A stretch of 64,000 nt of DNA, taken from assembly GCF_009914755.1 (NCBI RefSeq), contig NC_060926.1; one strand, written 5' to 3'. Of this stretch, positions 26,210 to 41,145 are shown in pieces. A program made the position numbers and the translations under genes. The notes beneath the pieces were generated by a model, which was given only the letters and a program-made list of their open reading frames with translations, searched no databases and was not told the origin of the DNA. The DNA comes from the human T2T-CHM13v2.0 reference genome, Homo sapiens. Numbering within the stretch: the first letter of the stretch is position 1; each line of letters starts with the position of its first letter.

Positions 26210-27492
26210 GGCCACTCTTGAATCATGTGGAAGCTGCTTCTGAAGAGAAAGAACTCACAAAGTCAGCACTGTTTTATTTGACATTTGCTCATTTTGCAGT
26301 GAAAACTACACAGCAAAGTCCTTAGAATCATCACTTTAAAGGTGTAAGTTTTAACATCAGTTATCTCTCAAGTGTAAAATTGTAGCCCTACAGAGTTTGA
26401 TAAAATTGTAAAATGGAGTTTGGATGTTTAGGGAAAATTTATCTGTGCTAAGAAAAATGGAGAGAATTAACAAGCTATAAAAATTACAAAAGCTAGAAAT
26501 TTGCAGTAGATTAAGATTTGATGGGGATCCATGGTGATGCTAATTAGTAACAGCAAGCCCCTCCCAAAAGTTCATCACAGGAATACCTTAGGCTGAGGTA
26601 GGCTCAGACCATTTTGACCTTTCATCCTATCTCTTCCTACCAACACAGAGGGAGATTTATTTTAGGGAAAGCACAACTGGCATTCTTCTTTGGACCCAGA
26701 GCACCTTGAAGAGCTGTTGCCAGGGTAAGTCTTCTTATGTTCCACCCACCCTGGATTTAAGGCATATCATTACTGAGGCTGGGCAAAGGATATTTAGTGC
26801 CTCTCTGACGTGACTGTGTATTTCTGTACTATTTAAGCACTTGAACTTGATGTTGTGGGGCTGGCACCCAACCAAGATTCAAGGATGGTAGAGTGCTTCT
26901 GGTGTATTAATGAAATATTTTGTTGAAGATACAAATTTCTACAGAATAGAAACTGACTACCCAAAGAAAAATTTTGTCAACTTTGAATCTAAGGTTCGTG
27001 TACCTTGTCTACATTCTCTCATCCAGCCTCCTTTCTCATCTTATTAGCAGAGAAATAAATCTAGGAACGACTAAGTCTAGTAACAAAATAAGTGTTTGGC
27101 ACATAGAAAACTGAATTACAGATATTAATATATACACAGGAGATCATTTATTTGAAGCTTAAATTATTAGATCTATGTTTTTAAAAGCAATTCAATATAA
27201 GATGAAACAAAACTGAGGTGACTGGTTTCCTTGCCATCTCTCTAAGTGATGTGGTGTTCCATCTAATAGCTTATGAGTCAGTAGTGTGATCCACACAATT
27301 TAATTGTGAGGAATCAAGTAAGACAAAGATTATAGATTTGATTTGTTCCTCTCAATGTTGCTTTCAATTATGAGGGTCTAGATTCTAGGATCATGCAGAA
27401 TGTTGGATATACGACACAATTCTCAGGCAACATTATTTAAGGCAATAAACAAAAGCGCAAAAAAAAAATGTGTCTTTTAACTTTCCTGATAA

Positions 27493-27816
<324 letters not shown>

Positions 27817-28272
27817 AACTTTCTGGATAAACTTTTGAATTAAGAGAAAAAGGAAACAATAACAAAAAAGTTTTAGCTCCTTCTGTGTGAAATATATAAT
27901 TTTGACACAGATAGTGGTGCATATGTCTATGCTGATGGTTCATAACATCACAGTAATTTGCACAGTAGATGATACACTAAAGTCCTTCGGTTAGCAGCTT
28001 ATAAATAGTTTGAGGCTTGTGTGTAATTCTGTAAAAAAAAAAAAGAAAGAAAATAAGCAGTTTGATCAAGAAAGATTTTCAGGCTGATTAGAAAATGGAA
28101 ATAGTAAAATATTAAATCAGTAAAATACATAAAATCGTAATGAAAAAGATATACTGCTAGCATGACCTCATGTCTTTAAAGTGATCATTAAACCCCCAAA
28201 TACCTAAATTATGTGATGAAGGAATATATACAGAAAAACTAAGGGTTAAACTGAACACTAAAAACTTTTCTA

Positions 28273-28581
<309 letters not shown>

Positions 28582-29379
28582 CTAAACGAGTCATTTAGAA
28601 GCACTGATTCAAACTGCAAAACACTTTTATGAAATGGTGAAACAGAAAAATATTACGTGAATGTAAAAGGATGTTAGGAAGGACAAGAGATGATAAAAAT
28701 AAATGCAGATAAATTTCCATACAATGTAAAGTATGCACATTAAAACATTTAAAGAGCATGTGCGCTTTTCACGATGCTGGCCTTAAGGTTGAAGAATCAA
28801 AGATAATACAAAGAGAGGTTGTACAATACAGAGACAAAGCTGTGGTCATTAAATAGTACTTAATACCTTCTGGGAAACTAATATTGAACACTGAAAATGG
28901 GTAAAAAATTTTCAAATCCTGGTTTATATTATATATCCTCCACTGGAATTGCTTTGTAGTCTTAAAAAAATGTTAATATGTTGCACCTTGAGATTAGCTG
29001 TGGCAAGGGTATAATTTTAAAAATAAAAGAAAATTACTTACAGGCCCAGACTGCTCAGTAGGCATTTTAGGTCAGTGCCAACTGCTAAGTGTACTGGGGG
29101 GTGTCCAGTCCCTGGGATAGAAGCACAGATTCCAGGCTATTGGAATGGCTGAAGTGTGAATTAACTCTGTTGGTGCAAACTCTCTTCCAGCTCAAAATAT
29201 TCTTGCTCCCAAAAGGAGCAGGCCCATCCCAAGTTTAGATTTCTGAAAACTTCTCTCTTGGAAAGTATGTTATTTATACTTCTTGTTGAATGCCTTGAAA
29301 TTAAAAAAAAAAAAACAAAAACAAAACAGAAAACAAAAAAAGTATGTTATGTATTTATTTTTAATTATTAAAAAATAAT

Positions 29380-29667
29380 GTTTTTCGAGAGAGTCTCCCT
29401 CTGTCTCCCAGTCTGGGGTACAATGGCGCGATCTTGGCTCACTGCAACCTCCGCCTCTAGGGTTCAAGAGATTCTCATGACTCAGCCTCCCAAAAAGCTG
29501 GGACCACAGGTGCACGCCACCATGCCCAGCGAAGTTTTTTGTAATGTTACTAGAGATGGGGTTTCGCCATGCTGGCCAGGCTGGTCTTGAACTCCTGACC
29601 TCAGGTGATCCACCCGCCTCAGCTTCCCAAAGTGCTAGGATTACAGGCGTGAGCCACCGCACCCAGC
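29380..29667 (-). mobile_element. Alu (S-like)
   Basis: Dimer; flanked by aagtatgttat copies. Confidence 0.92.
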
Positions 29668-29972
29668 CCTGAAGTATGTTATTTAGAAGGGCAAAACCTC
29701 CTGAAGAAATAATATTCTAGAAACGAAGGTCAAGAGTAGCTTTAGAGAAATCCTGATGACTATTTTGTCATTCACTGAAACAAATCAATGAAATGAGCAC
29801 ACTAAGTGAAACCATGACACATCAGTAATGTAAATCTGGAAGAATTTTGTTTCGTTTTTCTTCTATTGACATGGGTGATGGTGGTGGTGTTTGCATCTTT
29901 TGTCTTTTATTCAATCTTCAGGCTGTTTGTCATACAATAATTTTAATAATTAATAATTAAATTTCAGGTTAT

Positions 29973-30172
29973 CTTTTTTTTGAGACATTGTCTCACTCTG
30001 TCACCCAGGCTGGAGTGCAGTGGCGTGATCTCTGCTCACTGCAACCTCCATCTCCCCAGTTGAAGCGATTCTCCAGACTCAGCCTCACCAAGTAGCTGGA
30101 ATTACAGGTGTACATATCCACCTCAGCTTCTCAAAGCTCTGTGATTACAGGCATGAGCCACCACGCCTGGCC
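29973..30172 (-). mobile_element. Alu with large internal deletion
   Basis: Right arm joined directly to the 5' end of the left arm; TSD tttcag..t.tcttt. Confidence 0.88.
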
Positions 30173-31487
30173 CAGTTTCAGATTGTCTTTATTTGACCTA
30201 CTGTATATAGCCTAGTAGATATTTCTCAATCCTGTCTAAAACCTGTGCTGATCTAGTCTTAAACTCCCTTCTTAACCTCACACTGAGGCTTCGGATATTA
30301 GATTATCCACTCAAGTCTCAGTTGCCTTTTTCCTTAGGATGCGATTCACATGCATCTCAGAGACCTGGAATGTCCACCTCTCAGCTTCTTTTCTCTTTGC
30401 TAATCCTCTTCAACTCTGTTTTCTATCCCCAATCTCCCATATTCCTCTTTTTTGATTACCACAAACTGGAGTTCTTCTCATTTCTCAATGGCCAACACTG
30501 AAATGTTCATAGTTTAGGAAATTGTATCCAGAAATAAAGCTGTATGTGGTAGAATTTCTCATAAAGGTACCTCAGGTAGGCAAAGCATTACTTTGATATA
30601 AGTAAATAATCCATCATTTACTGTGAAACTCTAAGATTGAGGTTTCAAGAACTAAAGAGAGGGCTAGGTGAGCCTCAGACACAGCACTCTCTACACACAG
30701 GGCCTGAAGGACAACAATGACCTGTAATGTCAGGCCGCTGTTAGCAGGTCCCTGATTGCAGCTGCAATACTTGCAGACCAAGAGGTATTTTGCACTGTTT
30801 GAATCTCTAAATTTTAGAAACTACTATATACACTTATAAAATGGAATATTTGCAGGCTGCCCAGACCTTATGGTATGTAGTACTTAATTCTAAAAGCCTT
30901 TCAAAGGAGCCAACATTAGCATTTTATTATTTTCTTCTTATAAAAATAATAAATTAAGGCTAAACCCTGGCTTACAGATGAACTATTTCTGGCTCACTAT
31001 CCTTTGGCCAAATGCCTTAACCACTCAGCACACTTCTAGGTGTGCCAACTAAAGAGTTGGCACATCAGGGGATGGGAGAAGGGAGAAGGGCATGACTTTG
31101 CTTTTGTCTGGAAACCTGGTTTGAGTACAAATAAAACCAAAGGAAACCAATAGTGTTTATAAATAAGGGTATATTCTGGAATTGTGTAGGACAAAGATCA
31201 AGGCCTCTCAGATGTCAAGGAACCCCTGAACAGAAACCCTGACATCAAAGGCTGTGCATAAGGAGTAATACTTCAGAGTAAAGGGAAGCTTGGCAACCTA
31301 CCAAACCAGCACAGTTTCTCCTTATTCTTCCTATACTTTAGACATGGAAGTGGGATGGTGTCTCTTGTGCAACTGCTAAGAAGAAGTGACCTTTGGATCG
31401 AAGGAAGTAGAAAGATTAAATCAGAAAGAATCAAGGTTCAGAGTCTGCAAAGCCACAAGCCCTCTGTCTGGGCCAGCAAGTTCAGTC

Positions 31488-32118
31488 TTTTGTTTTTTGT
31501 TTTGAGACAGGGTCTCACTGTGTCACCAAGGCTGGAGTACAGTGGTACAGTCACAGCTCGTTGTAGCCTCAACGTCCTAGGCTCAAGTGATCCTCCCAGC
31601 TTAGCCTCCCAGCTGAGCCTCGCACGTAGCTGAAACCACAGGTGTGCTCCACCATGCCTGGCTAATTGTTTTATTTTTATTTTTATTTATTGATTGATTG
31701 ATTTTTTTGAGACAGAGTCTCGCTCTTGTTGCCCAGGCTGGCGTGCAATGGTGCAATCTCGGCTTACTGCAACCTCCACCTCCCGGTTCAAGCGATTCTC
31801 CTGTCTCAGCCTCTCGAGAAGCTGGGATTACAGGCACGCGCCACCATGCCCAGCTAATTTTGTACTTTTAGTGGAGATGGGGGTTTCTCCATGTTGGTCA
31901 GGCTGGTCTCGAACTCCTGACCTCAGGTGATCTGCCTGCCTTGGCCTCCCAGAGTGCTGGGATTACAGGTGTGGGACACTGCGCCCAGCCTTTATTTTTA
32001 TTTTTTTGTGGCGATGGGGTCTCACTGCGTTGCCCATGCTGGTCTCAAACTCCTAGGCTCAAATGATCCTCGTGCCTCCTCCCAAAGTGCTAAGATTATA
32101 GACGTGAGCCACTATACC
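31488..32118 (-). mobile_element. AluJ-like element with an AluS (about 31670-31990) nested in its linker
   Basis: Right arm 31488-31665, full Alu, then left arm 31991-32118. Confidence 0.9.
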
Positions 32119-32627
32119 TGGAAAGTCTTTATTCTAGCTCTGCTATGCTTTGCCTTGCTTCCTTTAGCCACTAAAGGCTTGTGGAAAAGCAATGTATATA
32201 GTCGGATTCCAAATTCTTCTCAAGACAGCGACCTTCCAAAGTTAATTGGTTGTGGCTTCATTTGTAAATCCGTGAAGGTAGAGTGCCCAATATTGTAAAA
32301 CATAACCCTAGATTTAACTTACTCATCCATTGGGTTAAAAGAAAAAGTATTTAATACAAAAAATTCAAAAGCCAAGTCAAAACTACCCTTTAAAGCAAAA
32401 TGCTAACTCCAGGATTTTGGCAAAGTTTCTTTCCTTGATTGTAGTCATTTCAAGGAGAGAGAGGTTAACCTCTTCCCCTAATCTCACCTCTTCAAAGAAA
32501 AGAAGTTGAAGCAGAAAAATTAGCACTGATCTCATGTTAGGATTCAAAGGGCAGGATGAGGCTGTGTAATGTAGTGATGGAAATAGGATAAAACCCTTGT
32601 TACTGTTTTCCAGAAGCTAATCTGAGG

Positions 32628-32641
32628 GTTACCATGGTAAC
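32628..32641. promoter_or_regulatory. Palindromic RFX X-box motif
   Basis: GTTACCATGGTAAC, a perfect 14-bp palindrome matching the RFX consensus GTTRCCATGGYAAC. Confidence 0.5.
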
Positions 32642-32739
32642 TCACCAGGGTACAAGACTGTTGTGAGCTTTAGGGAACAATTTCGGGATACATTCTTAAA
32701 AGAGAATATCAACTGCTTGCATCAAATGGGTGAGAAGTG

Positions 32740-32857
32740 GGGCACAGTGGCGCACATCTGTAGTCCACCTAATCTGAAGGCTGAGGCAGAAGTATAGCTT
32801 GAACCCAGGGGTTTGAGACCAGCCCAGGAAACATAGCGAGATCCTGTCTCCCTCTTA

Positions 32858-32900
<43 letters not shown>
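32740..32900 (+). mobile_element. Alu monomer with (CA)n microsatellite tail
   Basis: FLAM-like body; about 20 CA units at 32861-32900. Confidence 0.85.
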
Positions 32901-32903
<3 letters not shown>

Positions 32904-33828
32904 TAACAGAAGAGTCTTTTGGAAGTGGATCAAAACCGATTTAAGGTTTTGGTTTGAATTTTTGAAAAAGTAGGTGTCTTGGGTGAAAAACAACAGAAAA
33001 AAGTCAACCGGTAAGTCTTGCCAAGTCTGGAGGAGAAGACTCACACTAAATTGCAGGGCTAAAAGAAAGAACCTAAAAGTCAAAAGCAATTGGAGCTATT
33101 TGGTAATTAAAATATGTACATTCTTTTAGAATTGAAGCTATCTGCTATTAGCTTCTTTGTTGTCCTTTTGGTTACTTATGGAAGACTCCAATTCAGCGCA
33201 TTTGATCCTACTGTTTTCCTATATTCTTTTCATTCTGAAGTCATTGTTTCTATACATATTAATCGCATTATACTTCTTTTCCTCTTTTACAGAAAAGCTA
33301 CATTTAAAAACGGTGTCATTGCAGCAGTTTACCAGGAACAATTATTCCTGGTAGAAGCTATTTAACTAAATACATAGGACCCTGCAACTAGATTTTTACC
33401 TTCCTTTTAATTTTATTTGATTATGCTATTATCTAAGCTTGCCTCTTTGGCTTTTCAAATTAAAGTACCACATCTCTCTGTAAGCATAAGAATCTGTACA
33501 AACAGGCATTTTTTTTTTAGCTTTTCTAGAAAATTTGAGGGGAAATATTATGGAATAGAATGGAAAATTTACAACAACATTTAAGACAAAACATAGAACT
33601 TGAAGGAAATTTTATATTTGCGGCAGGCCAGTTTCATGACAACTATGCCCTCTTAGACTCCCTTACGATTCTCACAATTAGTACTTTACGGAAAATTTTT
33701 AAAAGACACAATTCAAGCAGTCTCCCGGGGATTCCTGAGGACCAATACAAACAGTGTAATACAGTGCAATATGAAAACCCCAAATTACTATTTAATTATT
33801 TAGACTTAGTTTATGGCATTTTGATTGG

Positions 33829-33927
33829 TTTTCTTTCTTTCTTTTTCTCTCTTTCTTTCTTTCTTTTCTTTCTTTCCTTTCTTTCTCTCTCTCTCTCTTT
33901 CTTTCTTTCTTCTTTTTTTTTTTTTTT
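33829..33927. repeat. CT-rich polypyrimidine tract
   Basis: (TTTC)n/(TC)n/Tn. Confidence 0.9.
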
Positions 33928-33974
33928 ACAGCAATTACAGGGTGAAGTATAGGTTAGTGTGATTCTAAGTCAAA

Positions 33975-34650
<676 letters not shown>

Positions 34651-35619
34651 AAATCATTACTTCCGCTATTGATTGTCAAGTTACAGCCTGAGTTATCTAA
34701 AGAGAAAACATTAATACTCCACTAATGAAAGCTATTCTTATGCAAGTTCATTGTCCTGATATAGAAACTGAAAGGGTAGAGACCAGAGTTGGTAGGTTTG
34801 ACAAGAAGGAAGATAAGATACTGAAAGAGAAAACAAGAGTAATCTCTTCCAAAAACAATGGAAAACTTTCCAGTGATATTTGCTGATAGGTGTCCTTTTT
34901 CATATCAGAAACCAAAATGCCTTATTTTCCACTATTTGTAAACTCTAAAGATACTGTCACTTAATTAGCGATTTTCTTTCAGAAGAATTAATGATCAATG
35001 TGTGCAAGTTCAAGTTCTGACCTTATTTGTCAAACTGTCTGAGGTTGAATGTTCTGGGAAAATGACAAAAGGAAGGAAGCATTTAGATATGTGTCTCCTG
35101 AGACTTAATTCATCTTTGATTAACTGAAGAAGCCATAAGAATATCTTTCTGGGCAAATAATAACCAGCTTCCTTTAAACAGAGGAAAGATACTCTTTTGA
35201 ATTAAAAATCTAGTTGTAATTCTAATTTAGCCAAGTTTATTATCTCACTATTAGAGCCTAAAGAGTGCAGTACTTTTTCTTGGGTCCTAGGTAATCTTTT
35301 TTTTTTTTAAAGACAAACAAACAAACAAAAAACAGAACAATTGAATTTACAATAGTACGACAGCTTTATCAGACTGCTTCTCAATTATCTTGCTGATGCA
35401 CATAGTGGGTGATGTTAGTAGGGGGTAAATGCTTGCTTGGGTGTGCCGGAGATTATATACAATTCCAGGAATTCCTAGCTGTATTGAAATCCCTCATTTC
35501 ACACTCAGAGTTGTAGAATGCAAATGAATATAAGGAAAGCTATGAATCCACCCTTGTGTATGTATTAAGTAAACTTCAAACATTTATGCCAATTTTACAA
35601 CTTGTGAACAACAAATTAA

Positions 35620-36506
35620 TTGACATGTCTCGTATTTTCTTCAAATTTGGTCTTGAGGTGTCTCTCTGGAGAATGACTATAAATTCTAGCCCTGCGCTGA
35701 TGGGGCTTCAGGGATGGTGGTTGTGGATGTTTACAGGGTGCTTTTCACAGGATACTTCTTTATGATAGTGGACAGCCTAATGTCTAAGTGTCCAACCTCT
35801 GATCAGGTGTCCCTCTCACAGGAAACTTGTTTATATTGGCAGAGAAACTTGTGGCTCTCATCTGACCTGTGTCCTGTTTAATCTTGTAAGAAAGCCAATC
35901 TCTAGGAGAGCTCTGATCAGGAAAGAAGTTAGGTTCAGCTGTGTCAGCCAGGTAAGACACAGAGGAGACCACTCAACAAAACACATGAAATAACAGAAGC
36001 AGTTTATTACTTACAGGTCCGAAAAGAAGAGGGCTGCATGCCTGGAAGGGGAAATGCAAAGTAGGGGCCCATCCAGGACACACATGCTTGATGGGGAGCG
36101 AGAGAGAAGGAGAGAAAAGACAAGAGGGCTAAAGCCTTTATTGGGGTCCAGGGTGTTACCTGAGCAGGTTTCCAGTGCGGCGTTCTAATCAGTGAGTCTA
36201 GAGCAAGCAGGCACAAGTTCCACGGAGGCACTTGTGGACTAAGATGGTCATTGAGGCATATCTGTGAAGTCCATGCAGGGTGTGGGGTCAGTGGGGTGAG
36301 TCAAGCAGATTGCATTTAGCTCTACCATAGGGAGGTGGACAGCAAGAGGCCGATAAGACATCTGGATCAAGCACACTGAGGAACTGGGAAGAGACAGAGA
36401 ACTGAAAACTGTCAAGGATGAGGAAGTCTTGCTTCTGGTATGAGAAAGCCCAGCTTATACTCAAAATGGGTGTCAAGGCAACACGAAATTATAAGAATGT
36501 GCTATA
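35620..36506 (-). mobile_element. Solo LTR, MER54A-like
   Basis: The minus strand starts tatagcacattcttataatttcgtgttgccttgacacccattttgagtataag...ctcataccagaagca, resembling the recalled MER54A 5' end; about 890 bp; internal AATAAA. Confidence 0.7.
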
Positions 36507-38287
36507 ACCTCACACAAACTAGTCACAACAACTCAGCTGAATGCAAACGATGACCTTAGAACACATTTAAGTTGAGCAATATAGCCTAGCCAAAATATTG
36601 GATGGCTTGGTTCTTTAGCCCCTTTGAAGCATTCTTTGGGCAACAACTCTGGTAATGGTGGAGTTAGTTGATGGCTTCAGCATCAGCGTCACAGTCGTTC
36701 TGTGAGATGAGGTTCCTGGAAGTGAGTTTAACAGTCTCTTAAAGCCCTGCATTTGGCTCCACCTCTTGCACCCATAGCCCCTTTGAAACCCGTTGCCCAC
36801 AAGTGCTGTGGGCTGTTCAGTCCCACTGGATGCAGATACAGGTAAAGGATCAATCTTCATCTCTGTGCCATTCCCCACAAGCTGGCAATGCTTTTCAGAA
36901 ATCTCACTTGCCTCACAAACTGCTGAGGGAAATATCTCATTGCATTGGAATTATTTACTTCTGTGTATGCTCTGTAGCATTTTCAAGAATATGCTCATTT
37001 TCATTAGGCTTGAACGACGTTCTGCCAAGGTCGTACCTTCTCAGAATCTTTTACCCTTAAATATTTAATACAGCAGGTACTTCAGGAATGAGCATCTATC
37101 AAGATCATTTGGTATGAAAAATCATTCAATACATGGTGCCTTCGTTTAATAAGTTACAGAAATAGAAGGAAAAGTTATGGTACGAGGGCGTAGATTACAA
37201 GGATGTCTGCTTTTAAAGAGAAAATGAAATGTCCTAAGTCAACACACTGGGCTTCTCAGTTTCTTCTATCTTTTACAATAGCTTCATCAGGCATGAGTAG
37301 CAGAACTGACCAGCAGATCAGCGGGGGCAGTGCAAAGCAACAGTAAAGTAGTACAAGGCAAGTTAAGATAATTGTTGCAAATCTGCAAAGAATCTTCATT
37401 CCCCAGAGAGTTGAAAGTCTAATTGCCAAAGAAAGGAATGCAGCTGTCATCTTGAAATGGAAGAAATACCCCTCAACTATTAATATGTTGGCTGGCAGTG
37501 TGTTCTGCAGAAGCTAGGGAGTCTCTTCTGAATATAGGGCTTGTTGCAAAAACTGATATTTAATTAATGTCACATCTCTAGATACTAAATTCTTACAGTA
37601 TAGAACCCAATTTCTGGAAATGGCCTACACTATTTGGCAGCCACAAATCCAATAATAAGGCTGCCCTCAGAGCCCTGCCCATCTGGTTGGATTTTTTTCT
37701 CTATTTCTGCCTCCTAATTAGGAGATTAAAGCTATTTTCCTCTTGATTTATATATGTCTTTCTTTTTGACTTTTGAACAATATCATTTCTCTTGGTTTAT
37801 TTTTCTTATTCTCTTAAGTGTTTTTACCAATCAATAAAGTGTTTAAATTTGTTCCTTTTTTTCTGTTTGCTTCTTCCATTTTATTTTTTTTGTAACTATG
37901 TTACTTCAATTTTAAATATGAATGTGCTGCTGCTTTCAAACATCCTCTTTTGAAAGAAATGATAGGATTTTATAGATTTTCTTAGCAAGTGAGAAATCAA
38001 TTTAGCAACATGTTGCAAACAAATTTTACCCTTGATTAGACTGAAGTTTTTGGTCATGTATATAGCTTCTAATTTTTTTTCAACTTTTATTATTATGATC
38101 CATTTTCTGATTCATTAATTCCTACTCTTTATCCTTTTTCATCCTTCTGTTTACCTTAAGTTTAATTTGTTCCAGTTGCTTAATGTGAAAGCTTAGTGCA
38201 TTCATTTTAAACCTTTCTTCTCTTCTAACATAAGCATTTAATGTTATAAATTTCTCACCAAACACTGTTTTGGCAGCATAACGTAAC

Positions 38288-38560
38288 TTTTTTTTTTTTT
38301 TTTTTTTTGAGATACGGACTTGCTCTATCACCTACGCTGGAGTGCAGTGGTGCGATCACGGCTCACTGCAGCCATGATTTCCTAGGTGTAACTGATCATC
38401 CTACCGCCATCTCCCAAGTAGCTGGGACAACAGGCTTCCGCCACCACGCGGAGTTTCACTATGTTGCCCAGGCTTGTCTCGAACTCCTGGGCTCAAGTGA
38501 TCCACCCACCTCGGCCTCCAAAAGTGCTGGGATTACAGGTGTAAGTGACCACACCAGGCC
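38288..38560 (-). mobile_element. Alu (J-like), linker deleted
   Basis: Alu arms joined without the A-rich linker. Confidence 0.88.
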
Positions 38561-38696
38561 CAATATGTTGTATTTTAAATTTGTATTCACATAAGTGTAT
38601 TTTCTTCTTATTACCATGTGCTATTTAGAAGTACGTTGCTTAATTCAAATATTTGAGGATTTTCCATGTATCTTGAAAATTATTGATACCTCGTTT

Positions 38697-39375
38697 CTGT
38701 GGAGAAGGAAAGATTTCTTATCCACTGCTAGGTTCATAGCTGAGACCCCTATAACAGAAGACATTAAGAGCCAGGTGTGTTGGCAAGGCAGAGGATCCCT
38801 TGAGCCCAGAAGTTTGAATCCAGCCTGGGCTATATAGTGAGACCCTGTCTCTACAAAAAATAAAAAAATTAGCCATGCATGGTGGTGCATGCCTATAGTC
38901 CCAGCTACTCAGGAGGCTGAGGTGGGAGGATTGCTTGAGCCCAAGAGGTCAAGGCTGCAGTGAGCCATGATTGTGCCACTGCAGTCCAGCCTGGGTGACA
39001 GAGGGAGACCCCCATCTCCAAAAAATAAAATAAAATAAAAGACATTAATGAGAAAAGCATACACATTTATTCAATATAAATGTTGTGTGACATGAGTACA
39101 TTCATTACGGAAACAAGGAAACAGGGAAACCCGTATATATTCATGCTTAGGTTTGATGAAAAGTGAACAGTTTTGGGAAAATATGATTGGAGGACAAAAG
39201 GAGTATGAACTAATGTTAATAAACTGGGAGAACTTAGCAAGAGAGGGCCCTTGTAATGAGAGTCTTATGACCTGCCTCAGAGGAGAAGAGTGATGGGAAG
39301 AGAAGGCTTCCTGCTTCTGCTGTTTTCTCAAATGTCGAGGTACCATATTTTGGGCTAACATGTCTTGAACCCCAT
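38697..39375 (-). mobile_element. Solo LTR, MER31/MER67-like, interrupted by an Alu (38769-39040)
   Basis: Minus-strand start tggggttcaagacatgttagcccaaaatatggtacctcgacatttgagaaaacagcagaagcaggaag; Alu TSD aagacattaa. Confidence 0.7.
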
Positions 39376-40020
39376 AATTTCCTTCCGTTACGGCCGGGAA
39401 CATCTTTTTTAAAATTTAAATTCCTACAAATTTATTGATATATGTTTAAGTCCAAAATTTGATGTAACTTCTTGAATGTTCCATTTATGCTGAAAAAAAT
39501 GCGAATTGTTATTTTTTGCATGGAGTGTTCTATATATGTCATTTAGTTCAAGTTGTTTGATAGTATTGATACAGTTTGTTCGCTGCTGTATCCCAAGCAC
39601 CTAGAACTGTAGGTTCTTTGCAAATATTTGTTGTGTGAATGAATGATCTATATTATGGTGACGATTTTCATTTTCACCCTCACCCAGAATTCTAAAGATT
39701 AGGCTGGCTGAGGAATAATTCGAATGTAATTAGTGTATCTACACTAGCACCCAAGCAATTGCATATGAGTATTAAGCTGAAAGGCCATGTAGTTTGCATT
39801 TCTAGGTCTATCACTGCAGCGTTTACTGTATTTCTGATTATTTAAACTTCAAGAGATAGCTGCCTTTCAATACTGTTCCAAAAGAAAACATACCAGAGAA
39901 AAAGCCCTCAAATCTGTATATGGCAAGTCAGTACAAATTTGATTTCATGGTAAACAGCTGAGGATGGGTAGGGACTGAGACCAGAAAAAAAAAAAAAAAA
40001 AAAAGAGAGATGGCACTGAA

Positions 40021-40392
40021 TTTTTTTTTTTTTTTTTTTTTTTACTTTAAGTTTCGGGATACATGTGCAGAACGGGCAAGTTTGTTACATAGGTATACAC
40101 GTGCCATGGTGGTTTGCTGCACCTATCAACCCGTCATCTAGGTTTTAAGCCCTGCATGCATTAGGTATTTGTCCTAATGCTATCCCTCCCTTTGCCCTCC
40201 ACCCACTGACAGGCCCTGTTGTGTAATGTTCTTCTCCCTGTGTCCATGTGTTTTCATTGTTCAACTCCCACTTATAAGTGAGAACATGCGGTGTTTGGTT
40301 TTCTGTTCCTGTGTTAGTTTGCTGAGAATGATGGTTTCCAGCTTCATCCATGTCCCTGCAAAGAACAGGATCTCATTCTTTTTTATGGTTGC
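40021..40392 (-). mobile_element. 5'-truncated L1PA 3' end
   Basis: T tail then actttaagttt...atacatgtgcag...; TSD atggc(a/c)ctgaa at 40010-40020 and 40393-40403. Confidence 0.93.
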
Positions 40393-40753
40393 ATGGCCCT
40401 GAAATTTTTATATCATAAGTACATTCTTGAATGATTGCAAATTTCTTATTGCACTCTTTCTTTACAAAGCTTTTGTTTCTTTGCATAACTCTGCAAAAGA
40501 GCTGTCAGCCATGTTTGTGGCCCAGGAATAAAAATGGTAGTTCTTGCAGTAGAGATTATCAGTCTTTTTAGAGTAACCTCACCATCCCCCCACAAACTTA
40601 TATTTCGTGTTTATTTCTTTTTAAAATTCAGGCAAATCAATATTAATTTTATTCTGAGATTTTTACAATACCCTTGAAATTACTATAAATATATTAGCTT
40701 GGTAGAGAAACCAGGATCTCTGGATTGGGATTGTGACTAATTTAGAATTTTAA

Positions 40754-41145
<392 letters not shown>

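Larger units (their letters stand above)
38090..39560 (-). mobile_element. Old L1M fragment hosting Alu and LTR insertions
   Basis: ORF2-like peptide YAAKTVFGEKFITLNAYVRREERFKMNALSFHIKQLE on the minus strand (38122-38331). Confidence 0.8.

Noticed and set aside
28001-28066. Possible second tiny poly(A) insertion between ataaatagtttga and ataagcagtttga
   Set aside because: Two mismatches in a short AT-rich repeat; could be chance.
33293-33350. Exon after a strong acceptor (ttttacag|)
   Set aside because: Only a weak donor (gtagaa) follows; no further support.
33560-33952. 130-aa ORF with a Phe/Ser/Leu-rich tail
   Set aside because: Length is inflated by the stop-free CT microsatellite.
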